A stretch of DNA of 63,685 nt, the filler included, from Hyphochytrium catenoides (lineage: Eukaryota > Protista > Hyphochytriomycota), in the NCBI GenBank assembly GCA_900088475.1. It is 7 parts of 7 records of this genome, joined end to end, with 100 filler letters (N's around TTAATTAATTAA, not from the genome) between each part and the next. Parts side by side here need not be neighbours in the genome. Positions count along the whole stretch, not along the records: positions 1 to 13,690 come from FLMG01003265.1; 6 more parts are not named here. One strand, written 5' to 3'. Each line of letters opens with the position of its first letter. Within the stretch, counting starts at the first letter, position 1. Shown here one piece after another: positions 1 to 10,342 of this stretch. Both the position numbers and the translations under genes were made by a program. The notes under the pieces were generated by a model. It had not been told where the DNA came from, searched no databases, and saw nothing but the letters and a program-made list of their open reading frames with translations.

Positions 1-735
1 GTTAACGTATGGTTCCCTGTCACGAAGCATCTAGAAACACGCATACCTCCGGAAAGCGTAAAGCAGGACGTTGTGCTATCTCAGGTTCTGATGCCACAAG
101 CACAGCTCGAAGAGCGTCTACTGATTATCACCGCAGAGGAAGCAGATCACCTAAATAGTCTAGCCAACGACTCTCCGGATGCAACGATGGCTGAGTGTTA
201 CAAGCTCACCCCTGGCCAAAGCAAAGAGCTTCCCTTGCCCTTGGGAGCTGGAGAGGAGTTCATGTACCAGCAGGACCAGGACATTTTCTTATTGGACCAG
301 GGAGTGGAAAAGGACCATGCACGACAATGTCCTGGACGTTTAGGAGCCTCGCCAGAATCCAGGAGATTCACTAAATGTCGTCGGCTTCAACAAGGGCTTT
401 TGAACCTCTTGCATTGGAGCTGCAACCTCTGCCCTTACGAGAAGAAGTGGGCTAACAGCCCCAAGGCCTGCCGTGACGAAAATGGCAAAAGCAGACGTCA
501 ACACCTTATCAATGTCCAAGTTCCCGCCGCTGCTTTCATGAGTGGTATGTCAGTCTCGCAGAGTCAGCAATTCCACGGCCTATCATCCGTTCGTCCCTTG
601 TCGAAAAAGACAGCTAGGCGGGGTGTGGACAAAACGAAGAAGGCAATCCAAAAGGAAGTGAATAAGAGTCTGGCAGAGAGCCGCGAGGAGTCTCGGGACA
701 AAGCAACATCTTCCATCACAGTGCAAACAAGAAGC
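1..735 (+). mobile_element. Possible truncated Mutator-like DNA transposase fragment
   Basis: Frame +1 is open from base 1. It carries GLLNLLHWSCNLC...KWANSP...INVQVPAAAFMSG...F...LSKKT...AIQKEVNKSL, which resembles the CxxC plus helical region preceding the first catalytic Asp of Mutator-like transposases (recalled pattern). It then runs into a GA microsatellite at about 735 with no catalytic core. Confidence 0.4.
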
Positions 736-2033
736 AGAGAGAGAGAAAGAAAGAGAAAGAGGGGAGAGAAAGAGAAAGGAAGAGAGAAAGAGAGAAAGAG
801 GGAGAGAGAGGGAGAGAGAACGGAGCTACAGGAGGCGCAGAGGAAGATAGAAGAGATAAAAAGACTGAAAAGGGAAGATTTATGTCCTATATTTCACAAG
901 GTACACTGAAAACTGCTCTTTACAGAGACTTCCACATACGACAATATACATTCTCTACAACGAATCTCTGCGATCAGTGAAAAGCGGAGAGAGAGAGAGA
1001 CATAGAGAGACAAAGAGAGAGAGAGAGACAAAGAGAGACAAAGAGAGAGAGAGAGTGAGAGAGAGAGAGAGAGAGAGCGCTGTGACTGGATGATTTCAAA
1101 ATTGAAAAATGCTTTGCTGGCAGCCGATCATCCAGCTTTTAATTCTCCTTCTTCGTAGCGTCATAGCGTGGGTCGGCGCGCGGGTCTTTCTCCGCCGTCG
1201 CTCAGATGCGCTGATGCTACGACTAGACAGTTAAGTAGTAGCGCTCGTTGTGGGCGCTGATGGAGCAGCAAGAGCATGAATAGAGAGTAGGACCGTTGAA
1301 GATCGCAGAGGAAGGAATGGAGCACCAGCAGCAGGGAAAAATGGAAAGACTAGCAGGCTGATGAAGTCTTCATCATCAGGAGATAGAAGTACCCAGCAGC
1401 ACGCCTTGAAGGATTATGGTCAGCAGGATGTGCGTCTCCAATAACGTTGTCCATCCAGAAGTCTTCCGTCTCGTCATTCAATCTCATCACAACGAGAGGC
1501 GGAAGAAGCTTTATTGAGATCTTTTGTTATCAAAAGAGCAAAATAGCTTTTGCCATGCCTTCTTCCTACTGAGTGACGACGGACGCTCGACCATCGATCG
1601 CTGGGTTAGGCCATCAGCTGCTGCTTCATGAGTGTTTCTTCTTCTCCTCCTCTTTTCCTTTCGCCCCACCTCCTTCTTCTCTTAGCCAGGATTGCTTCCG
1701 TCTCCGTCTCCTCTATGATCGCCGAGGAGGAGGTCATCGAAGAAGGAGCGTCATCCACTGAGCTGTCCTTGTCCATCTCTCTTTCTTTCCTCGGCAGGGT
1801 CATCATCTGAGTCTTGAGCTTGTTGATCATCATCCTCATCACTATTTAGGGAAAACATCTGCCATCCTTCTTCTTCTTCTTCTTTCTGCCGATCGCTCAT
1901 CATTCTGGACTCCAGCTCTGTGAGCTCCGTAAAGAGCTCCTTTGAACTGAAACTGAAGCTTTCGTAAGCCTTGAAAAAGCAGCAACATACAAGCGTTCTC
2001 AGTCTCCTCCCCGTTCCTCACCCTGGATCTTGG

Positions 2034-2439
2034 TTTTGGCCTGCTCATACTTTCGTCCCCTTTGTTTCCCGTTCTCCCTCTCTCTCTCTCTCTCTCCCTC
2101 TCTCCTCACTCTCTCTCTCTCTCTCATGCTCTCCTCTCCCTCTCTCTCTCTCCTCACTCTTTCTCTCCTCACTCTTTCTCTCCTCACTCTTTCTCTCTCT
2201 TCTCTCTCTCTCTCTCTCTCCTTTTTCGGTTTTGTTGTTACATTGGTCTCCTTCCTTCTCTCTCTTCCCTTTTCTGCTCCTTTCTTCCCTTTCTCCTCTT
2301 CTCTTCATCTACTGATCGCATCATCTTCTTCCCTTGTAAGAACTGTCAGTCTCCGCCCCTTCCTCATCCTCATCAGTCTCCCCCTCCCTCATCCATCAGG
2401 CTTTTGGCTGCTCATACTATCGTCCCCTTTGTTTCCCTT

Positions 2440-2445
<6 letters not shown>
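2034..2445. repeat. Degenerate direct repeat (about 368-bp spacing), each copy followed by a CT microsatellite
   Basis: ttttggcctgctcatactttcgtcccctttgtttccc at 2034 versus ttttggctgctcatactatcgtcccctttgtttccc at 2402. Confidence 0.7.
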
Positions 2446-2493
<48 letters not shown>

Positions 2494-3058
2494 GCTCTCT
2501 CCTCACTCTCTCTCTCTCTCCTCACTCTCTCTCTCTCTCTCTCTCTCCTCACTCTCTCTCCTCTTTTTCTCTCCTTTTCTCTCTCCTCTCTCTCTCCTCT
2601 CTTTCTCTCCTCTCTCTCTCTCTCTTTCTCTCTCTCTCTTTCTTTCTTTCTTTCAGCTACAAGCGTTCGTCTCCTGCTATTGCTGGTTCTGGTGCGTGCT
2701 GCGGCACAGCATCGACGTTGGTAGCACCGTGCGAAGAAGAAGAAGGAGGAGGAAGAGCTTCTCTTTTAGGGTCAATCAGTCAATGAATGAGAAGGATCGT
2801 CAGCTCTTTCTTCTCTCCGAAGAGCTCCTCATCCATCGAAGAGGATGAGTGAGAGAGAGAAGAGATTGAGGAAGACAAAGAAAGAAAGAAGATATGTCAG
2901 GGAGAGAGAGAGAGAGAAAGCGGCAATATCCCTCTAGGACGCGTAGGAACAAGGTGGTGAGATTCTGCAGCCTCCTCCTTTTTCTGCTTTTTGGAGCAGT
3001 GCCTCCCGCGCTTGTACGCTTGAAAGGCCAGCGAAGATGGCAGCTCCACGCCGCCATC

Positions 3059-3217
3059 GCCGCCGCTGGCCCTGGATAAAAAACCTTTGGGACTGAGATG
3101 GCTATGGCAAGGATGCTGCTAGCGCTGGAGACAAGAGCTCAGGGCCTGTGTGACATGAAATATCCTTGCCATCGCCATCTCAGTCCCTCAGCTTTTCTAT
3201 CCAGGGCCAGCGACGGC
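3059..3217. repeat. 56-bp inverted repeat (hairpin) with 47-nt spacer
   Basis: Arm 3059-3114 matches the reverse complement of 3162-3217 at 50 of 56 positions without gaps. Confidence 0.85.
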
Positions 3218-4170
3218 TTCTCATCAATTATCAATCCTTGCCCGCCGCTCAACGATCACAGCTGCTGTCAATGTTGATGTCTCAATAGCCAAGCTCTAGG
3301 AGCGAGGATCTTATACTTCTTCCTTAGTTATTTGATGATGTTCGGGCTCCGCCACCACCTGTCTTGCTGGCTTGAGGTTACTTTTCTGTCTCTAGTCGTA
3401 GGGGCCTGCGGTTTGCTGCTTGCGCTTTCGCTGCCTTCTTCCACTACCGGCATCGGGCTAACTCTTCTTCGATTATTGCCATCGTTGGCTTGTTCCTTCT
3501 TTTTCAAGGTGATGGCGGTGGTGGTGGCGTTGGAACCACCACCACATGGAGAAGTTATCACTACTGTTGTTACACAGCGAGAAGCCTTCTTACTGTCGCG
3601 CTGAGGTGGTAGAGGCGGTGCCGAGGAAGAAGAAGAACTGCTCTTTGCTGCTGCTGCTGCTGCTGCCGATACGGCGGCAAGCAGTGGATCCTTCTTCTTT
3701 TCTTGGTGTCTTCACAATGTTGTGAGCTGATTGGTGGTTGGTTCATCATCATCAACAAGAAGCAGAACCTTGAGAAGAAGACGAAGATTTGGGGAGAAGG
3801 CGTCGTGGAAGAGGAAGCCCTTCAGGGATTGGAGAAGAAGATGCTTCTGGCGGAGGACAATCCACTGATGTTATTGTCTTGCAGGTCTAGATGTGGGGGT
3901 ACGAAGCGTTCCGAAGGCTTGGCCTCCTTCCAACCAGAGGAAGTCAACTCGATGTTCAACTATTCTTCTTCTGCAATGAAAGGGAGAGGGAGAGAGCGCC
4001 ATCCCACAGGCTGCTGTGCGAGGAGTGGAAGGAGGAGGAGAGACTATCTTCGTTGGGAACCGCCCTTCATATACTTGAAAGACTTCTCTTGGCTGGCGAT
4101 AAGGAGAAAGGAGTTATTAGAAGATGAGCCAGAAGACTGGAGGCGCTCTTCTTCTTCTCAGCAGTCGGCG

Positions 4171-4284
4171 GTCTTGTCCGTCCTGCCACCGGATGTTCTT
4201 GACATCATGATGGTGCGCCTAGACCCGATGAGCCCTGCCTTGACTCAGCAGCGTTGGGTTCAGGTATCAGAAGATCCTCGCGTT
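4171..4284 (+). CDS. F-box-like motif fragment (gene model unresolved)
   Basis: VLSVLPPDVLDIMMVRLDPMSPALTQQRWVQVSEDPRV fits the F-box pattern LxxLPxDxLxxIxxxLD...RWxxV. No clear downstream domain. Confidence 0.3.
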
Positions 4285-5929
4285 GGAGACGAGACACTTA
4301 TTCAATTCTCGCTGCTGCCAGGGACAATTTCTGTCTCTCTTCCCGTCGTGGTTGGTCTCTCCTTTGTCTTTCTCCTCTCCTTTTCTCTCTCGTTCTCTCT
4401 CACTCCTAAAGGCTCAGTTCTGTTATCGTGTCCCGCTCTCCTCTTCTTCCTCGCACCTCTTGCATCACTTGGGTCGTTCGCCTTCGGCTGTGTAATGATT
4501 ATAACGTTATTCCTATTTTTTGGACTGAAAGAGACAAGATGTTGAAGTGCTGCGTGCTGTCTCGCAGATTTTGTCCCTGTGAGATGCTTCTTCTTCGTAG
4601 CCTGCTTTCTTCTTTCACACCCTCTTTCTCTGTTACTTTCTTACTCTCTCCTTCTCTCCGTCTCCTAAAATTCTCTCACCTCCCCCTCCCGCTCTCTCTC
4701 TCTCATTTCTCTCATCCGCCTCTCGCTCTCTTCCACTTCCCTAAAAGACCCTTCTTCTCTTAATATATGAGGAAGAAAAGAACATGAAAGATCCAGCTTG
4801 TTATGTATCACCACTAATCAGGAAGAGGGCGAAGTGGCCCCAAGGGCAATGATAACGCAAGTGCCAAGCCCTCGTCTAACCCTGAGCCGATGCGCCACAT
4901 TAAACAAGGCAAAGCAGCAGCGCCTTCGAGAGGACACGATGTTGAGACTGAGTCCTCCACGCCCATATCCCGGGGCGCACTATTAAGCAAAGGAGTCAAT
5001 CGGCGAAGCAAACTGAAGAAGAAGAGACAAAAGCATGGTGCCAAAGGATGTACCCAATCATCGAGCAAGCAGCCAGAAGACAGCATCGAGGGCGCTCAAT
5101 CCATTCTTCTCCGGGACGGAAGTAGAGGACGATAATAACCTTGAGGCCAGTATCCCATCATTGATAGAGGAATAATAAGGAGGGGCTTGACTTGACGGCA
5201 GCATCTGAGCCCTGACTTGTCGCGCTGACATCTCTAGAAGAAGGAGAAGCAGAGGAGAAGGAGGAGAGAGAGAGATGGCCAAGAAGTGCAGTCGCGGGAG
5301 GACTTCGAATGATTCCGATTTGTAACGGACGGCCGGCCCCGTCAGACCTCCCCCTGATGTAGTGGGCACTTAGTTTGTTAGTTAGGGTAACAATAGGTAA
5401 GGGAGCACTTTACACGCACCTTTGTTCAGGCTCTTAAGTGATAGTTCTCTTTTGATAGAAACGTCCCTTCTCTTCTTTCCTTGTGCTCCCTTCCTCGTCC
5501 TCCATCATCAGCTGGACCATCTGGAGGCCACCAACATCTGAGGAAGATGAGAAGTGGCACACACAGATGCAATGGCAAACACATAGCCTCACAAGTCTCT
5601 GTCTCTTCGGTGATTATCCTTAGTAGCCATCCACTGACACAAGCTTTAGTCTAACTCACAGACGCTGGAAGGAGATCAGCCTAGTTAGAGGATCAAACGC
5701 ACATTACAGCCTAGATTTGCTCATAGGTAATATTCCATCATGTTCAAACCCATCTCTCTTTCGTGCCTGATGGTCAAATAACACTGTTTACAATTAGCCT
5801 ACCCGTCCCCGTTTGCCCATGCTTAATATATAGAAATGCTTTAGGGGGGTTCGCCTACCCACTTTTGGAGGTTACATCTGCGTCAGCATTTGGAGTAATG
5901 CACCATGATCCTACCGAGTACCTCTTCTC

Positions 5930-5965
<36 letters not shown>

Positions 5966-6793
5966 TCTCTCTCTCTCTCTCTCCCCCCTTTCTCTCGCTG
6001 TGTCCTCTCTATTCGTTCTTCCCCTTCTCCCTCTCTGTCTCACTCTCTTCTTTCTCTCTCATGTCTCTCTCTCTCTCATCAAAGTGATGCCAATGACCCG
6101 ACAAGGGCTTCCCTGGGACCCCCCTCCTTTCTCTCTCTTTTTCTCTCTCTGTCTCTCTCTCTCCCTCACTCTCATCTCTATCTCTCTCTCTTTTCCCATT
6201 CCTACTTCTGCGTAGGGCTACCTCCTCCTACTAGATATCCCATCACACGTCTTCTTCTTCTTTCCGTGGTGGTCCCCTGTCTTCTCTGTCGTGGGTCCCA
6301 TGGCATCTACTACTGGCACTACTTCGGGTCCAACCCTTCTCTCTAGCGCGATGGCAGACCAAAGCATGGCACCACTGGCCCAGCCCTTCCTTCCCAACGA
6401 ACGAGCAGCCCTGTCTCTCTCTGGGGACTGGACAACTGCCAGGCCAGCACGCAGCCGCCTCCAATTGTCACACTCAAACCTCGATCATCCTCATCGTGTG
6501 CTTATCAAGCCTTCACCTGTGCAAGAAGGTGGATGTACTCAGTCATTCAACCTGTTAGCTGGGCAGAAGGAGAAGGGAAACGATCTCAATAGGTCGCACG
6601 GCTTGCGCCGTTCAACGGCTTAGAGTCTGCCGAGTCTCTGGCCAGCCGCAGAGTCCATCCATAGGTGACAGGACCGTAGTATAAGGACACTGCGAGCGGT
6701 TGAGCTTAAGGCAAAGAGCCGGTCTTCGGCTCCTCAGTCAGGCAAACGCTACGCGCCGCACGGCAGTAGAAGCTCAGCGAGCTTTGGTTCACG

Positions 6794-9700
6794 ATGCAGG
6801 CCATCAGCGCTCTCCACTTATGTTTCCTACTACTGCTGCTTATCAGTGGATGGGCGGAAGAGAGAGGAAGCAGCGCAGCTAGTCTTCCGCCCAGCGTGAC
6901 CTTACGAGGTGCAGGAAGCTTAATGTGCGACCGGCTGTTCCGGTCCTTGCACTTAGCCTTTGAGCAGCATACTCTCATGAGTATGGAAGAGGCACTAGCT
7001 ACGAATGCCACGCTGCCGCCGTTTGAGTCTGTCTCTATCGCTTACGATACGAGAGGCTCTGACTCAGCCNNNNNNNNNNNNNNNNNNNNNNNNNNNNNNN
7101 NNNNNNNNNNNNCCTTAGCGGCAAGTGCCATCGCGCCAATCTATAACGTACGCGGGCTATCCGCGCCGTTAATCCTCTCTCGTGAGGTGCTTGCAAAGAT
7201 CTTCCTAGGAGACATTGAATGGTAAGTCTCCTCCTTCTTCTCCTCCTCATAGTAGAAGAGCTTACGAGCTTATCGATGTCCATCTTCTTTTTTCAGGTGG
7301 AATGATGGAGCCATTGCCTTGCTCAATCCTGCCGCCAGCCTTCCTGCAGAGAAAATCAAGGTGGTTGTCCCGATGGAGCCTGCGGGCACCACGAAGATCT
7401 TTACGAGCAACCTGGCAAGCTTCTACGGAGCGTTCGCGTCCCGGGTGGGCAGTGCGGAAGAGCTGCCAGATTGGTGCGAAGGCGTGACAACGGGCGTAGA
7501 CAACTCCACGATCCACTTTGGATTTAACCGGCACATCTGTCAGAAAGCTGGCAGAAGCTGGGAACACTATCGTGCCCACGGTGTTGAGGGCATTGAGATC
7601 GCGGTAAGAAGAAGAGAAAGAAAAGAAGAAGAAAAGAGCTCTCTTCTTCCTCGCTGCTAACATATTGTCTGCCTCTCTCCGTGGGCACAGGTCAAGATTC
7701 TCGACTTCTCTATCTCCTTTATGGCGCTGAGTGAGGCCAACGGACGCGGCTTAGCTGCTGCTCACTTGTATAACAGGCAAAATGTCCTCGTCCAGCCAAA
7801 CAGTACGTCTCTGCAGTACAGCTTGCTAAGGACGGAAGCCATGTACGCTGGTGTCTCATCAAACTCAAGCTTGGAAGATATCCTTCTGGACACGGAGGCA
7901 ACGCTCGGTTGGCCCATCGCTGGATTCAGCTACTTCTTGCTTCGCCGCCTCACGCACACACAGGGTTGCTTGGCTCGCGCTGCGCTGCTGACCTATCTAA
8001 AGTGGTTCTACGAGTCTGACGCGGTCGCGACTCAAGTGGAGAGCGCCGGCTTCGTTCCCTTTTCTCGATTCACTCGGCTGATGATCAGCAACTTACTCAC
8101 TAAGGCCATTCTTTGTGTCCCTGCTTGCGATGGATCATCCGCTAAGCCCTGCGACTGCCGTGCAGATCCCACGCGCTGCATGGCACCAGATGTCTCACAG
8201 CAAAGAGCTCAGAGCACGCTAGCGATCAGTTACCCAGCGTCCATTGAGGAGCTAGCGCAAAAGCTCTTCTCCATCTATGGGCAAAAGCTATTAACTGATG
8301 TCCCTGCCTTTGAACACCGACCAAGGAGCTTGAACATATCGACGCTCTTCGTGGTGAGAGCGTGGGATGAGCTGCAGAGCGATGCAACTTTGACGGCCAT
8401 GGTCATGCCGTCAAACGTGCTGCAGCTCCAACTTCAAACAGCGGCACAGAGCCAACAGGAAGCTGCAGCAGCAGCTATTAACTCCATCGTTGTTGTTCCC
8501 TTCCTGGGCGTTCCTCTTGGCCTCGTGTACAACCTAGGCAATGCCGTGACAGACCTGACGCTGACCATCCAGGTCGTTGGCAAAATCTTAAGCGGGCAGA
8601 TCCGGAAGTGGTCCCATCCTGAGATCAAGGAGCTTAACCCTGGATCTCCCTTGCCGGACGTGACCATTGCCGTGCTCTGGAATGCTGAGGAGGATCTCCT
8701 CATCCCTGCCTTTGCAGCCTCGTGGCTGTCAGCAGTGGACTCAGACACCGCGAACAAGCTGAGCACGTTTAGTCAACTTTCTAAGCTGACAGACGCTGGC
8801 GTCTCAGCCTATCGTGCTGCTAGTCAAGATGAACTTGTCTCCTTTGTCACTGGCATCGAGGGTTCGTTTGGACTCATTATGTCAAGCGGAGGAAGGACCG
8901 CGCGCACCGCCAACTTGCGCCTTAGCGATGGGTCGGTGGTCGGCTTGGACGCCGCCAATATTCAGCAATGCTACCGCTTAGCTGCTCACTCTAGCTCTTA
9001 CCGCGTGGGCCGCTATATCTCTAGCCTTGTGACCGCTTCATCAGCTGCAGAACAGGCCACATCCTGCTGGCCGCTCATCTTGGGCATGGACCTCATCACC
9101 CGCCGCGAGTTCCCTGCCGGGCAGTCAAGCAAGGCATTAGCGATGGCCCAGCTCATGGACTGGCTAGTGAACGATCCCATGCTCACGCGCATCGGAGCCG
9201 CCACGGGCGTTGCCACGGTCTTTGAGGGAACAGTCAACAGCTCTTCAAGGATCATACGAGAGATACGGCATAACGGCTTCTCCGTGCTAGATCCTGAGAA
9301 GCCTTGCTCTCGAGCTGACATGGCCTTCAATCTATCAGCGTGCCACTCTGCGACAGGGACGATGACGGCGTCTTTCTATTGGAAAGACGGCGATGAACGC
9401 TGGTGCTTGGGAGGCGAGAGCTTACCTGAAGCCGTGGAAGTGGACTGTGATCACGTCATGCCGTCGTCTACGAGCGGAATCTTCCTCATTGTCTTCTCTC
9501 TTCTTGGCATGATCGTTGTTGTCGGTGTTACCGTGTGGACCGTCATCAATCGAACGCGGAGGATCATTATCATCTCGCAGAAGCTCTTTCTCTTTATCTT
9601 TCTATGCGGAGGCATAGCTCTAAACCTGACAGCGATGACTCTTATTGGAGAAAACGCCGAGGTTCTCTGTGGACTACGGCCAACGCTCATCTCTCTCTCG

Positions 9701-10342
9701 TTCTCGACGATGTTCGCGCCGCTTCTGATGAAGTTGAAGCGCGTGGATAGACTGTTTAACAATCCGAAGCTGCGCAAGGTGAAGATCTCAAACTTGCAAG
9801 TGGTTCGAGAGTCTTTGTCCATCATCCTGGTCGATGTTCTGCTTCTTATCCTCTGGATGGCGCTGGACAACTCACAGCTGGAGACTGTGGCAGAAGAAGT
9901 GAACGGAGTTGGCAACGTTGACCGCAGAATGTGCTCGTTTGGCTCTAGAGGATACTTCACGGCGGTGATTGTCTGGAAGTTTATTATCCTTCTTATCGGT
10001 GTCATTCTCTCCGTGAAGACCTGGAACGTAGACAGTGAGTACGCCGAGGCGCGGCATCTGGCGTTTGCTCTCTACAATGCGTTCCTCATGGGTGGCCTCA
10101 CCTTGACGCTTGTGCTGCTGATGGATATTTCCTATCAGTTGGCAGTCTTCCTTGCAGGCCTGACGTTCATCATGATCTCTACCATCTCCGTGGCTGCTGT
10201 CATGGGCCCCAAGATCTATCATGTCTTCAAATTTCCTCAGTCAGAGCTTAGTAAAAAGACCTCAGCGGAAGTCGCTGCTGCTACTGCTGGTGGAGGTGGA
10301 GGCGGAGCAAAGAACAATAGCGTTGTGCCCTCTCCCTCTTAG
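6794..10342 (+). CDS. Class C (7tm_3, GABA-B/mGluR-like) GPCR with signal peptide, two tandem PstS-like (periplasmic binding protein type II) domains and a Cys-rich linker; about 1130 aa
   Basis: Exons 6794-7221 (contains N gap 7070-7112), 7297-7603 and 7691-10342, with GT-AG introns and consistent phases. The N-terminus is hydrophobic (LCFLLLLLISGWA). PstS motifs: LRGAGS, PIYNV...LILSREVLAKIFLGDIEWWNDGAIALLNP, AGTT.IFTSNL, WPIAGFSYFLL, YLKWFY. Second copy: LVYNL...LTLTIQVVGKILSGQIRKWSHPEIKELNPGSPLP, CWPLI. Seven hydrophobic segments at about 9470-10225 carry class C signatures MKLKRVDRLF, VKTWNVDSEYAEARHLAFALYN and GPKIY. Confidence 0.9.

Noticed and set aside
1153-1222. Short stem tcgtagcgtca / tgatgctacga as a structured RNA
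   Set aside because: An 11-bp imperfect stem with no tRNA, snRNA or snoRNA motifs could be chance.
1971-2848. Long Leu/Ser- or Arg/Glu-rich ORFs here and throughout the window as membrane or SR-like proteins
   Set aside because: They are translations of (CT)n/(GA)n microsatellites, which lack stop codons; many lie inside introns of genes identified above.
8434-10222. Antisense ORFs overlapping the GPCR
   Set aside because: These are shadow frames of a GC-rich coding exon with no independent motifs.
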